Shown here: positions 29,726 to 40,142 of the stretch, piece after piece | Position numbering within the stretch: the stretch's first letter is position 1 | How the letters are laid out: each line of letters opens with the position of its first letter | Source of the DNA: Acidobacteriota bacterium | GTDB taxonomy: Bacteria; Acidobacteriota; UBA890; WLXD01 | Assembly: GCA_963666055.2 (NCBI GenBank) | Contig: CAXWPH010000015.1 | Location: 1,088,001-1,152,000 of the forward strand | DNA: 64,000 bases | Direction of reading: 5' to 3' | Position numbers and translations under genes: made by a program | The notes under the pieces: generated by a model | Databases searched by the model: none | What the model saw: the letters and a program-made list of their open reading frames with translations, nothing else | What the model was told of the DNA's origin: nothing

Positions 29726-32362
29726 ATGGAACCCGGCACCCGACTAGGCCACTACGAGATCCTCTCCCCGCTCGGTGCAGGCGGCATGGGCGAGGTGTAT
29801 CGAGCACACGACACCACGCTGGACCGTGATGTCGCGATCAAGGTTCTGCCGGAAGACTTCGCCGCCGACCCGGAGCGCCTGGTTCGCTTCCACCGCGAAG
29901 CGAGGCTCCGTGCCTCCCTGAATCACCCCAACGTCGCCACCATTTACGGGTTTGAGGAATCTGGCGGCGTACGCTTCATCGCCATGGAGCTGGTCGAGGG
30001 GCAGAGCCTCGCCGAGCAACTCAAGGCCTCCGGGCGCATCCCGGTCGACGTGGCACTGGAGATCGCTCGTCAGATTGCCCTGGCGCTCGAAGCTGCTCAC
30101 GAGGCCGGCGTCATCCATCGTGACCTCAAGCCTGCCAACGTGCAGGTCACTCCCGATGGCAACGTCAAGGTGCTCGACTTCGGCATTGCCAAGGTCCACG
30201 AACCGGAGGTGGCATCGGATCTGAGCCAATCACCCACGGCGATGGCACCCACGGCGACCGGCGTGGTCATGGGGACGGCGCACTACATGAGCCCGGAGCA
30301 GGCACGCGGCAAGCCGCTCGACAAGCGCACCGACATCTGGTCGTTCGGCTGCGTGCTCTACGAGATGATGACGGGCCGGACTGCCTTTGCGGGAGAGACG
30401 GTCATAGATGTGCTGACAGCAGTTCTCGAGAGGGAGCCTGATTGGACTGCTCTGCCGGAGACCACCTCCCCGATCATCCAGCGTCTGCTGCAGCGATGCC
30501 TGAGAAAAGACCCTGGACAGCGGCTCCACGACATCGCCGACGTTCGCATCGAGCTCCACGACGAGCAGCCTGAGCCCGCGCCACCGACTGACCGGCAGCC
30601 TCGTCCATTCATGATCGGACGCGCGCTGGTGGTCACTCTCGGCGCGGTCGGTCTATTGATGCTCGGCATCGCGGCTTGGCAAGCAATGCGGCCATCCTCG
30701 GGAACCGCTCCCGTAGTCTCGCGGTTGGTCGTGACCGTTCCCCCCGACCAGGAGCTCAACCAAATCGGGGGCTCGTACCCACTGGCGCTTTCGCCGCAAG
30801 GCGACCGGCTCGCCTACGTCGCGGAGACGCAGGGAAAGCTCTCGCTGTTCGTGCGCGATCTGGACGATTTCGAGGCACGGGCGATACCCGGAAGCGAGGG
30901 GGCACGATACCCGTTCTTCTCGCCCGACGGGGAGTGGGTGGGGTTCGTCACAGTCGGCCAGATGTTCAAGGCGGCGGTGGCGGGAGGACGCCCGATCGTC
31001 GTCAGCGAGTCAGCTTCCTTCGGACGCGGTATCAGCTGGGGAGCCGATGGCCATATCTATTTCATCATCAGCGGAGCGCCAGGGCTGTCTCGCGTTAGCG
31101 CCGACGGGGGTGCTCCGGAAGCCGTCGTCAGCCAGAACCCCGAGATTGACGCGCTGCGACACCGCTGGCCACACGTGCTCCCCGACGCCAGTGGAGTGCT
31201 CTCGACTGTGGTCATCCCGGCCGACTCGGTCAACCAGCAAGATCACCGTCTGGCGGTGTTGTCGTTTGCTACCGGCGAGTGGCAGGAGCTGGGCCAGGGC
31301 ACCCAAGGTCAGGTCATTCGAGACGATACACTCGTGTATCACGCTGCCAACGGTGAGCTGCGCGTCGTCGCCTTCGACCTGGACAGTCATAGGATCGCCG
31401 GTTCGCCGACCTCGGTGCACGATGGCGTGTTCCGGGCATCCGGCGGAGGAGGCGCGTACTTCGCCGTATCGCGGACCGGCTCGTTGGTATACGTGCGCGG
31501 CGGCTTCGACCGCAGTCTGGTCCGTGTCGATCGGGAGGGGCGCGATACCCCACTTACGGACGAGGTCCGTGGCTTCAGGCTCCCCAGGGTTTCGCCCGAC
31601 GGCAGCCAGGTGGCGGCGACGATCGATCCGCGCCCCTCGCAGGTGTGGGTGCTGGACGTGGCGAGAGGCACGCTGACCAAGGTGGCCGACGAGGGTCACA
31701 CCCTCTTTGCAATCTGGACACCCGATGGACAACGGGTGGTGTTTGCCCGCGGCGCTGACCTCTACGCACAATCGCGAGACGGAACGGGGAACGCCGAGCT
31801 GCTGTTGGGTGCGCCGTACAGGCAATACCCAGCCTCCTTTTCGCCCGACGGAGAGCTTCTCGTCTTCAACCAGGTGCATCCGACGACAGGCGCAGACATC
31901 TGGGCCGTTTCGAGCGAGGCGGAGGTCTTCCCTCTGCTGGAGACCGAGGCGGACGAGTATCGGGCGCGAGTCTCGCCAGACGGAAGCTGGATCGCCTACG
32001 CCTCCAATGAGACCGGTGTTCTCGAGGTATACGTTGCGGCTTTTCCCGAGATGGGCAGGCGCCAGCGCATTTCCGTCGCGGGGGGAACCGATCCTGTTTG
32101 GGCGCGAGACGGCACGGAGCTCTTCTACAGCAACGACGGCCAGCTATGGGTGGTCCCCCTCGATGCCGGGCCTGCTCTCACGGCGGGCATTCCGGAGGTG
32201 CTCTTCGACTGGCCACACGGCATCAGCCAGACGTTCGATGTCTTCCCTGACGGCCGCTCGTTCGTGATGGTGAAGACCGATCCCGAGTCGGCTCCCGACC
32301 GCTTCTACGTCGTGCTGAACTGGTTCGACGAGCTGACGCGGCTCGCGCCGACGGACCCCTAG
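29726..32362 (+). CDS. Hanks-type Ser/Thr protein kinase with TM helix and PD40 propeller
   Basis: LGAGGMGEVY, HRDLKPAN, DFG, YMSPEQ; SPDG repeats; C-terminal VVLNWFDEL. Confidence 0.95.
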   Translation: MEPGTRLGHYEILSPLGAGGMGEVYRAHDTTLDRDVAIKVLPEDFAADPERLVRFHREARLRASLNHPNVATIYGFEESGGVRFIAMELVEGQSLAEQLKASGRIPVDVALEIARQIALALEAAHEAGVIHRDLKPANVQVTPDGNVKVLDFGIAKVHEPEVASDLSQSPTAMAPTATGVVMGTAHYMSPEQARGKPLDKRTDIWSFGCVLYEMMTGRTAFAGETVIDVLTAVLEREPDWTALPETTSPIIQRLLQRCLRKDPGQRLHDIADVRIELHDEQPEPAPPTDRQPRPFMIGRALVVTLGAVGLLMLGIAAWQAMRPSSGTAPVVSRLVVTVPPDQELNQIGGSYPLALSPQGDRLAYVAETQGKLSLFVRDLDDFEARAIPGSEGARYPFFSPDGEWVGFVTVGQMFKAAVAGGRPIVVSESASFGRGISWGADGHIYFIISGAPGLSRVSADGGAPEAVVSQNPEIDALRHRWPHVLPDASGVLSTVVIPADSVNQQDHRLAVLSFATGEWQELGQGTQGQVIRDDTLVYHAANGELRVVAFDLDSHRIAGSPTSVHDGVFRASGGGGAYFAVSRTGSLVYVRGGFDRSLVRVDREGRDTPLTDEVRGFRLPRVSPDGSQVAATIDPRPSQVWVLDVARGTLTKVADEGHTLFAIWTPDGQRVVFARGADLYAQSRDGTGNAELLLGAPYRQYPASFSPDGELLVFNQVHPTTGADIWAVSSEAEVFPLLETEADEYRARVSPDGSWIAYASNETGVLEVYVAAFPEMGRRQRISVAGGTDPVWARDGTELFYSNDGQLWVVPLDAGPALTAGIPEVLFDWPHGISQTFDVFPDGRSFVMVKTDPESAPDRFYVVLNWFDELTRLAPTDP

Positions 32363-32495
32363 CAGGGCGTGGTGGAAGTGTGGCGGGCCTGGCGACAGGG
32401 TCTTGCGAGGCGGAGGCAAGGAGAAAGGAGGAGGCGATGGTTACCCCATCGTTAACGACGAACGACACAGCATACGCGCGCAACCCCCTATCGCG
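32359..32495. mobile_element. Half copy of the CTAG-ended element (left TIR + one arm)
   Basis: Closely matches 38471-38606; terminal CTAG contains the kinase TAG stop. Confidence 0.8.
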
Positions 32496-32532
32496 CATAG
32501 GGGGGCACTTGGAACAGAAGTGTTGACCTGTA

Positions 32533-33789
32533 ATGAATCCCGAGAGTGACCTACAAGTACTCGACCTCGACTTCGTTCGCCTCCAGTTTCCTTTCTTTGA
32601 AACGGAGTTGTCGAAGCATTGGGCCTTCTTTGAAAATTCCGGAGGGACGTTTCCGTGCGGCGCGGTGGTCGACCGGCTGACGCGTTTCTATCGCGAGAAC
32701 AAGGTTCAGCCCTACACCCACAACGCGTTGGCCGCTGCCGCGAGCGAACAGATGGGCGCGGGCCGAAGCGTTATTGCGGCGCTCTTGGGCGTTCCCGAAG
32801 CAACGCTCACGCTGGGCCCTTCGACGACCCAAAACTTCAACACGCTGAGCACCGCCTGTGCCGCCTTCCTCGAGCAAGGCGACGAGATTCTCGTCTCCGG
32901 ACAAGATCACGAGGCGAATATCGGCGGGTGGGATCGACTTGCGCAACGTACCGGAGCGGTGTTGCGTTTTTGGCCCGTCAATCCGGAAACGGGCGAACTG
33001 GAGCTGGCGGCGTTTGAAAAGTGCCTCAACGCCAAAACGAAGATCGTCAGCGTGACGCACAGCTCAAACATCATCGGAACGGTCAATCCGATCCGCGACA
33101 TCGTTCGGGCGGGGCATCGTGTCGGCGCGAGAGTGGTGATCGACGGTGTCTCGTATGCGCCGCACGCGTGGCCTGATGTGCTGTTGACCGAGGCGGATGC
33201 CTACGCGTTTAGCACCTACAAGACGTTCGCGACGCATCTGGGGGTGCTGTATGTCGCGCCGGACTTCATGGCGCAGCTTGCGCCACAGTGCCACTTTTAC
33301 AATGTGGGAAACCCTTCGGCCCATTTGGATGCCGCCGGCCCGGACCACGCTTCCATCGCCGCCCTCGCCGGGCTCGGCGAGTTCTTCGAGACGCTGCACG
33401 ATCATCATTTCGAGGCATCCGCGCGATCGCTCGATCAAAAGGCGCGCGCCATCTCGAGGCTGATGCACCAACACGAACAATCGCTGTGCGCCCTGTTGCT
33501 CGACGCGCTCGACCGCTTGCCGGTCCGAATCGTCGGGAAAGCGACGATGGACGGCCGCGAAGCGAACGTTGCGTTGTTGGCCGACACGCATCCGGCGCCC
33601 GCCCTCGCCAAGCTGCTCGCCGAAAAAGGCATCGTCGCCAGCCGCAGTCATTTTGACGGTTGCCGCCTGCTCGAGAAATTGGGCATCGACACGGACGACG
33701 GCGTCCTCCGCATCAGCTTCGCCCACTACAACACGAAGGAAGAAACCCTGCGTCTGATCGCCGCGCTGGAAGGCATCTTCGGTTCGTAG
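32533..33789 (+). CDS. Aminotransferase class V / cysteine desulfurase-like PLP enzyme
   Basis: FFENSGG, DHEANIG, THSSNIIG, IDGVSYAPH, FSTYK, LRISFAHYNT. Confidence 0.85.
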   Translation: MNPESDLQVLDLDFVRLQFPFFETELSKHWAFFENSGGTFPCGAVVDRLTRFYRENKVQPYTHNALAAAASEQMGAGRSVIAALLGVPEATLTLGPSTTQNFNTLSTACAAFLEQGDEILVSGQDHEANIGGWDRLAQRTGAVLRFWPVNPETGELELAAFEKCLNAKTKIVSVTHSSNIIGTVNPIRDIVRAGHRVGARVVIDGVSYAPHAWPDVLLTEADAYAFSTYKTFATHLGVLYVAPDFMAQLAPQCHFYNVGNPSAHLDAAGPDHASIAALAGLGEFFETLHDHHFEASARSLDQKARAISRLMHQHEQSLCALLLDALDRLPVRIVGKATMDGREANVALLADTHPAPALAKLLAEKGIVASRSHFDGCRLLEKLGIDTDDGVLRISFAHYNTKEETLRLIAALEGIFGS

Positions 33790-33830
33790 CGCACTTCGCA
33801 TTCCTACGAAACTCTTGGCGCCCTCGTTCG

Positions 33831-33845
33831 TCTAACGTTGTTAGA
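33831..33845. promoter_or_regulatory. Palindrome upstream of padR, candidate operator
   Basis: TCTAAC-GTT-GTTAGA ending 60 bp before the padR start. Confidence 0.45.
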
Positions 33846-33905
33846 TGGATCGATCGGTGTAACGATCTGGTCACCCAACAACGCTAGTGCAACTAGGAGG
33901 AGCCT

Positions 33906-34238
33906 ATGGGCCGCGACGTGCTCGGCGGCTTCGAACATCAGATTCTGCTGTCGATCCTGCGGCTTGGTGACGACACCTACACGGTGCCGATCGTGCTCGA
34001 GCTTGAAGCGCAGACGGGTCGCGAGGCGGCGCCGGCGGCTGTGTACATCGCTCTGCGAAGACTCGAGAAGAAGGGCCTTGTCGCTTCACGCCTCGATGAT
34101 GCGGCGGGCGCGCGCGGGTCACGCACACGGCGCTTGGTCAGCATCACACCTGACGGCATCGACACGCTGAGCGAGTCGCGCAAAGCGCTGGTGACGCTCT
34201 GGGATGGCGTCGAAGAACGCCTGGATGGGGCGAAATGA
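33906..34238 (+). CDS. PadR-family transcriptional regulator
   Basis: AGGAGG RBS; LGGFEHQILL...AVYIALRRLEKKGLV. Confidence 0.88.
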   Translation: MGRDVLGGFEHQILLSILRLGDDTYTVPIVLELEAQTGREAAPAAVYIALRRLEKKGLVASRLDDAAGARGSRTRRLVSITPDGIDTLSESRKALVTLWDGVEERLDGAK

Positions 34239-36994
34239 ATGCACGGCTCGCCCCACCCCGGCTGCTTGCCGGCATCCTCCGGCTGGCGCTGCCGCGACGC
34301 GACCGCGACGTGCTGCTCGCCGATATCGCCGAGCTGTTTCGCTACCGCGCTCGGCGCGACGGCAGGGTCCGCGCCATCGCCTGGTATGCGCGCCACGTCC
34401 TCGTCACCCCGGTTCGCCTTCTCCTGGCGCGCCATTCGAACCGGGTCGTTCTTCCTCTCAAGCAACTTTCTGGCAGGCCGTACCTTCCGAATCCCCCCCG
34501 AGACGCCTTCATGATGGAAACAATCTGGCAAGACATGCGGTTCGCGGTTCGCACGCTCGGGCGCAGCCCGATGTATGTCGCCGTTGTGGTGCTCACCCTG
34601 ACGATCGGGGTCGGGATCAACGCCACGATCTTCATGATGGTCAACGCCTTGCTGCTGCGGCCACTGCCCGTCCTGGCGCCCGAAGAGCTGGTCGAGATCT
34701 ACTCGTTCAATGCCGAGTTCGACGTTCCGATCACGAGCTCCTACCCGGACTATCTGAGCATCAGCGAATCGGCCACCACGATCAGCGGTGTCGCGGGCCA
34801 TTCCATGCTCGCCGCGAGCATGACGTCGAACGGCCGCGCCGAGTTGGTCTACGGCGAGTTCATCACCGGCAACTTCTTCGAGCTCCTGGGTATCACGCCG
34901 CAGATGGGGCGGCTGATCGGCGCCGATGACGACCGCGTGCCCGGCGGCCATTCAGTCGTAGTGCTAGGGCACGGCTTCTGGCGCGACCGTTTCGCGGGCG
35001 ATGCGTCGATCATCGGGGAGGCGCTGATTTTGAACGGGCGACCCTACACGGTGATCGGCATCGCGCCACCCGAGTTCAACGGCCTCGTCCACGTGTTCGA
35101 CGCTCAACTTTGGCTCCCGGCAACGATGGCCGAAGAGATCGACCCGTTCGGCATCCTTTCCTTCCAGCCTTCGCCGGGCGAGACGCGCCCCGAACAGCGC
35201 GGCAGCCGTTGGATGATGCTCAAGGGGCGCCTCGCCGAAGGTATGAGCGTGGCGCAGGTGCAAGCAGAGATGGACGCGATCTTCGCGCGGCTTGCAGTCG
35301 AGTACCCCGATTCCAATGAGGGATGGGGAGCCCACGTGCTGCCTGCTGCCAGCGTGCGGGTGCACCCGATGGCCGACGGCTATCTGGCCCCGGTCGCGGC
35401 ACTCCTGCTCGGCATGGTTGGCCTTGTACTGGTCAGCGCCTGTACGAATATCGCTGCGATGACCCTATCGCGCGCGTCGGCGCGAAGCCGCGAGATCGCC
35501 GTTCGTTTTGCCCTTGGCGCCGGCAAAGCGCGCCTCGTGCGCCAGCTGCTGACCGAGAGCCTGGTGCTCGCATTTCTTGGCGGTATCGGTGGTGTCGGCC
35601 TGACATTCTGGCTGCGCGGGTTGCTGCTGAGCTTCCGGCCGCCAAGCGCGATTCCCATGAGTTGGAACCTCCCGGTGGACGGCAGAGTCATCGCCTTCAC
35701 CTTCGCCCTGGCGGTAGCCGCCGGCCTGGTCTTCGGCCTCGCGCCGGCGCTCCGCGGTTCCCGAACCGACCTGGTCGCCGCGCTCAAGGACGGCGCGCGT
35801 GGAAGCGAGGGGTCCGGCCGCAAACACGGACTCCGCGGCGCGCTGGTCGTGGTGCAGGTCGCTGTCTGCATCGTGCTGCTCGTCGGCGCGGCATTGATGG
35901 TGCGTAGTGTCCAATCAGCGACCAAGGTGGATCTGGGGTTTGATCCCAACGGCCTCCTCGCTTACACGATAGATCTGGACCTGCTCGACTACTCCAGCGA
36001 GGATGCCGATCAGTTCTTCGACGTTGCCGCAGCGCGTATCGGCGCCCTGCCCGGCGTGCGTGCGGTAGGACGCACCAGCCGGATGCCACTGAGTCTGGGG
36101 CTCAACCAGAACGGGATCTACATCGAGGGTCGGCAGGTGGCCTCCAACGACCCGGCCATCGCGGTCGACACCACGACCGTCGACGGCGGCTACTTCGACG
36201 CTCTCGGTGTGCCGCTGCTGCGCGGGCGCACCTTTGGGGCACAGGATACGCCGGAGTCACTCGCCGTCGCGATGGTCTCCATGGCTCTCGCGGAACGCGA
36301 TTTCCCTGGCGGGGCGGTGGGCCAGAGTTTCCACACCGGGGGTCTCGACGGACCGACCTACGAGATCATCGGTGTGGTGGCCGACACGAAGGTCCGCACT
36401 GTCGGCGAGGAACCCATCCCGTATCTCTACTTTGCGGATGAGCAGAACTCGCGTTCGAACGGGACCATTGCCGTGCGGCTCGACCACGATACGCCACAGC
36501 TGCGCGCCACGGTACGGCAGGAGTTGCTCGCCATAGAGCCTGAGCTTGTCTTCACGAACGACAGCGACATGCTCGGAATCTTGGCGATGGCACTGTTCCC
36601 GGTCCGCTTCGGCGCGGCCATGCTGATTTCCGCCGGCGTGATCGCGCTCCTGCTGGTGTCGGTGGGTCTATACGGTGTGATCGCATACTCCGTGGCGCGA
36701 CGGTCCAAGGAGATCGGCGTGCGGATGGCGCTCGGCGCCGCCAGCACGGACGTCGTGCAGTTGGTCTTGCGACGCGGTCTCGGGCTGGTAGCGATCGGCG
36801 CGGCCGTCGGGGGCGTGGCCTCGGCACTACTGTCCCGAGCACTCGCATCCGTTCTCTACGGCGTCGGCGCCCTCGATCCACTGGCGTTCGCAGCGGCGTT
36901 CCTGCTCCTGCTGCTGGTCTCCGGCCTGGCCAACTGGCTGCCGGCCCGCCGCGCCGCGCGGCTGGATCCCGTGCAAGCATTGCGCGCCGACTGA
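34235..36994 (+). CDS. ADOP-type duplicated MacB/FtsX permease
   Basis: Prefix domain, then METIWQDMRFAVRTL; two periplasmic/FtsX modules; ends PARRAARLDP. Confidence 0.92.
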   Translation: MNARLAPPRLLAGILRLALPRRDRDVLLADIAELFRYRARRDGRVRAIAWYARHVLVTPVRLLLARHSNRVVLPLKQLSGRPYLPNPPRDAFMMETIWQDMRFAVRTLGRSPMYVAVVVLTLTIGVGINATIFMMVNALLLRPLPVLAPEELVEIYSFNAEFDVPITSSYPDYLSISESATTISGVAGHSMLAASMTSNGRAELVYGEFITGNFFELLGITPQMGRLIGADDDRVPGGHSVVVLGHGFWRDRFAGDASIIGEALILNGRPYTVIGIAPPEFNGLVHVFDAQLWLPATMAEEIDPFGILSFQPSPGETRPEQRGSRWMMLKGRLAEGMSVAQVQAEMDAIFARLAVEYPDSNEGWGAHVLPAASVRVHPMADGYLAPVAALLLGMVGLVLVSACTNIAAMTLSRASARSREIAVRFALGAGKARLVRQLLTESLVLAFLGGIGGVGLTFWLRGLLLSFRPPSAIPMSWNLPVDGRVIAFTFALAVAAGLVFGLAPALRGSRTDLVAALKDGARGSEGSGRKHGLRGALVVVQVAVCIVLLVGAALMVRSVQSATKVDLGFDPNGLLAYTIDLDLLDYSSEDADQFFDVAAARIGALPGVRAVGRTSRMPLSLGLNQNGIYIEGRQVASNDPAIAVDTTTVDGGYFDALGVPLLRGRTFGAQDTPESLAVAMVSMALAERDFPGGAVGQSFHTGGLDGPTYEIIGVVADTKVRTVGEEPIPYLYFADEQNSRSNGTIAVRLDHDTPQLRATVRQELLAIEPELVFTNDSDMLGILAMALFPVRFGAAMLISAGVIALLLVSVGLYGVIAYSVARRSKEIGVRMALGAASTDVVQLVLRRGLGLVAIGAAVGGVASALLSRALASVLYGVGALDPLAFAAAFLLLLLVSGLANWLPARRAARLDPVQALRAD

Positions 36995-37059
36995 GCTACG
37001 CCGGTACACAACAAGCCCGCCACCCCCCGACATGCGCCGCGGAGCGCCGCGCTCAGTCG

Positions 37060-37310
37060 GTCACCGCGTACCCCGACCGATTCGGTTGGGTCGAGCCCGA
37101 GGGCGGTCTGGTCGCATTCCCTTGGATCGTCGGCGAACCCGCCGCATTGCCGCTCTGTGAGAAGCTGGCGGCGGGAATCCTGCTGTCTCCTGGTGACTGC
37201 TTTGGCCACCCCAAGCACTTCCGCCTCGGCTTCGGCTCCACCGAGCCCCAGGCCTTTGTGCAAGCGCTCGCCGCGATCGAGGAAGTCATCGTCGCGGCGC
37301 CGAGCGCGCA
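37060..37310 (+). pseudogene. C-terminal fragment of a class I/II aminotransferase
   Basis: FGWVEPEGGLVAFP...GILLSPGDCFGHPKHFRLGFG; no N-terminal domain. Confidence 0.7.
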
Positions 37311-37379
37311 CACCGCAGTAAGATGGGAGCCGCTTGACCCGACCGCCCCGGGCGGAGCCCGACACCCAGCAGGAGCAGA

Positions 37380-38474
37380 ATGACATTCTCGAAGCCGGCT
37401 GCATCGTTCTTGGTTACAGTCGTCGCCGCGCTGATCGTGTCGACGCCTGCGGTCGCCCATGCCCAGGTCCTCGAACGCCTGCCGAACATCTACCCTCTGA
37501 ATGGCCTGCCGGATCCCTACACCGGTGAGGAGTGGGTGACCCTACCCGATGGCAGGACTTGGGGCTCGACGGCGGGCGTCGATATCGATCCCGACGGCCG
37601 GCACATTTGGGCGATCGATCGATGCGGAGCCAACTCCTGCGCCGGGTCCGATCTCGATCCGATCCTCAAGATCGATCCTCAAGGCAACGTCGTCGCTAGC
37701 ATGGGCGGCGGGCTGTTTCTTTTCCCGCACGGGATCCATGTGGATCGTGACGGCAACGTTTGGGTCACCGACGCGCAGGGGCCGGACCCCACCAATCCGG
37801 CGAGCGCGGGCAAGGGTCATGTGGTCATCAAGTTGAGTCCCGATGGCGACATCCTCCTCACGCTCGGTCGACCCGGCGCGCCCGGAGATGGCCGGGGCCC
37901 GCTTCTCAACACGCCCAACGACGTGGTAACCGACGCGGATGGCAATGCCTACGTCGGAGACGGCCACGGGGGCCAGAATCTCAACGCCCCGCCGGAGACG
38001 GTCGCCCGCATCGCCAAGTTCGACCGTGACGGCAACTTCATCACCTCATGGGGCAGGCTCGGTTCCGGTCCCGGCGAGATGCGCACCCCTCACGCCCTGG
38101 ACATCGACTCACAAGGCCGGCTGATCGTCGGCGACCGTGGAAACAACCGCTTGCAGATCTTCGAGCTCGATGGCACGTACATCGGTGAGCTCAGGCAGTT
38201 TGGACGCCCGAGTGGCATCTACATCACCGCCGACGACACGATTTACGTGGCCGACTCCGAGTCCCTGTTCGCCAACTCTCAGAACCCGGGTTGGATCACC
38301 GGCATTCGCGTCGGAAGCCTGAGGACCGGCATCGTCGATTATTTAATCAACGGCAAGGTTTCTAGGTACCCCAACGGCTCGAACCCGGAAGGCGTGGCCG
38401 TCGATGCCGCAGGCAACGTCTACGGCACGGTGGTATCGCAGGGCGGCGCGTTCATTCGGTCGACCCGGCGCTAG
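37380..38474 (+). CDS. Exported NHL-repeat (peptidyl-hydroxyglycine amidating lyase-like) beta-propeller
   Basis: Signal peptide AHA-Q; FPHGIHVDRDGNVWVTD; PHALDIDSQGRLIVGDRGNNRLQIF. Confidence 0.85.
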   Translation: MTFSKPAASFLVTVVAALIVSTPAVAHAQVLERLPNIYPLNGLPDPYTGEEWVTLPDGRTWGSTAGVDIDPDGRHIWAIDRCGANSCAGSDLDPILKIDPQGNVVASMGGGLFLFPHGIHVDRDGNVWVTDAQGPDPTNPASAGKGHVVIKLSPDGDILLTLGRPGAPGDGRGPLLNTPNDVVTDADGNAYVGDGHGGQNLNAPPETVARIAKFDRDGNFITSWGRLGSGPGEMRTPHALDIDSQGRLIVGDRGNNRLQIFELDGTYIGELRQFGRPSGIYITADDTIYVADSESLFANSQNPGWITGIRVGSLRTGIVDYLINGKVSRYPNGSNPEGVAVDAAGNVYGTVVSQGGAFIRSTRR

Positions 38475-38749
38475 CAGGCCGTGGTGAAAGTGTGGTGGGT
38501 CTGGCGACAGGGACTTGCGAAGTGGAGGCAAGGAGAGAGGAGGAGGCGATGGTTACCCCATCGTTGACGAGGAACGACGCAGGATACGCGCGCAACCCCC
38601 TGTCGCCCGAAGGGTTACGGCGATTTGGGGCCATTTGCGGCGTTGGCCTTCCTCGACGATGGCTAGGGCATCGCCTGTGTCAGGCCGCCTTGCATCTGGC
38701 CCCAACTCGCCGTAACCAGACCCACCACACTTTCACCACGGCCTGCTAG
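38471..38749. mobile_element. 279-bp MITE/REPIN-like structured element, copy 3
   Basis: Perfect 34-bp TIR CTAGCAGGCCGTGGTGAAAGTGTGGTGGGTCTGG; two arms; CTAG at both ends, the left one containing the NHL gene stop. Confidence 0.9.
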
Positions 38750-38930
38750 CTCCGGATAGGTCGGCGCGGGCACCTCGACGCACAGGGTTGGCACCGCCTC
38801 GGGATCACACGCGTACTCCGGCGTGTGCATCTCCAACAGCGTTCTGATGATGTGGCCGCCGTGTATACATTACGCAATGATTACAGCGGACCAATTCATA
38901 CGAAGAGGCTGAACAACCGCGGGTGAAACG

Positions 38931-40124
38931 ATGGCACTCAGAATCATCTCAATCCTCTTCATCAGCATGGCGGTGAACATCTATATTGCGGTTGCGCCGT
39001 CTATTCTTGGGGCCCTTGTTGATTATCAAGGCCTGTCCACCGACGTGGCAGGTCGTCTGATTTCATACAATTTCTGGGGTGCAACGGTATCGACGATATT
39101 CGCAATTTTCTTCCTTCACCGGCCCGGATGGAATTTGGGCTTGACGATGCTCGCCTGCCTGTTGCTGGTCACGCTGACCAGCCTGGCCTCGGTGTGGTTT
39201 GTTGGTAGCGTTGCGGCGTTAGGCCTTGTTCGCTTCGTCAACGGATTGGGCGCTGGCCTGGGATATACGGTCGCCTGCGTTGCGATTGTAGGTACCCCGC
39301 GCATTGAACGATCGTACGCCATCCTGTTCGGCGCGCCATACTTGATTGGTGGTGCAGGGCTATGGCTATTGCCCTACGTCTATCACTCGAGCGGCATTGA
39401 GGGTGCCTTCTACGGAATGGGTGCGATCAACCTGATCGCGTGCGGTCTCCTGCCGTTCTTCCCAACCACGGTCGCCGGCACGGCGGAGACCAACAGCAAC
39501 CCGCCGAGCCATCTGGACCGCGGCCTGCTCGCCTTGTCCAGCCTGGTCCTCGCCGCCCTCTTTCTGCACTATGTTCTCAATACTGGCGTTTGGACGTATT
39601 TCGAGCGGCTTGGCGTGGCGTTCGGTATGTCGCCAGAAGGAGCAGGCGCGCTATTGGGCCCAAGCATGTCTGCTGCAATTGTAGGGATGATGGCGGCATG
39701 GCTTCTTGGCGATCGGATCGGATACCTACGACCTATCTACATCGGTACGGTCGCGATCGCTGTCTCGACACTCTCGTTGTTACTGTCATCTTCCGAAATT
39801 GTTTTCGGGGTCGGAACAGCGGTGTTCAACGCCAGTATTACCCTGGTTACGCCCTACTTCATAGCAATCCTGGCTACACTCATCCCGTCTGGTCGCGGCG
39901 TAACTGCTGCCAATATCGTAACGATTGCAGGATTTTCCATCGGCCCGTTTCTCTTGTCGTTCATGATCGCGAACGATGATTTCAGGCCGTCTATCGTGCT
40001 GACTGCCGCCGGCTTCGTCGTCGTGATTGCTTTGCTCTGGTGTTTCGCGAGCAAGCTCGAGCACATGGCTATTGCCCATGCGCAACTGAAGAGGAAGTGC
40101 GGTATTTGTGTACCACCCGGATGA
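38931..40124 (+). CDS. MFS transporter
   Basis: About 12 hydrophobic segments; RFVNGLGAG and LGDRIG motifs; AT-richer codon usage. Confidence 0.85.
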   Translation: MALRIISILFISMAVNIYIAVAPSILGALVDYQGLSTDVAGRLISYNFWGATVSTIFAIFFLHRPGWNLGLTMLACLLLVTLTSLASVWFVGSVAALGLVRFVNGLGAGLGYTVACVAIVGTPRIERSYAILFGAPYLIGGAGLWLLPYVYHSSGIEGAFYGMGAINLIACGLLPFFPTTVAGTAETNSNPPSHLDRGLLALSSLVLAALFLHYVLNTGVWTYFERLGVAFGMSPEGAGALLGPSMSAAIVGMMAAWLLGDRIGYLRPIYIGTVAIAVSTLSLLLSSSEIVFGVGTAVFNASITLVTPYFIAILATLIPSGRGVTAANIVTIAGFSIGPFLLSFMIANDDFRPSIVLTAAGFVVVIALLWCFASKLEHMAIAHAQLKRKCGICVPPG

Positions 40125-40142
40125 TCTTGGAGGACCTGAACG

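Noticed and set aside
32533-33789. PLP enzyme as a selenocysteine lyase serving the two selenoproteins
   Set aside because: No SufS (RxGHHCA) or IscS (SSGSAC) catalytic motif and no operon link to the Sec genes
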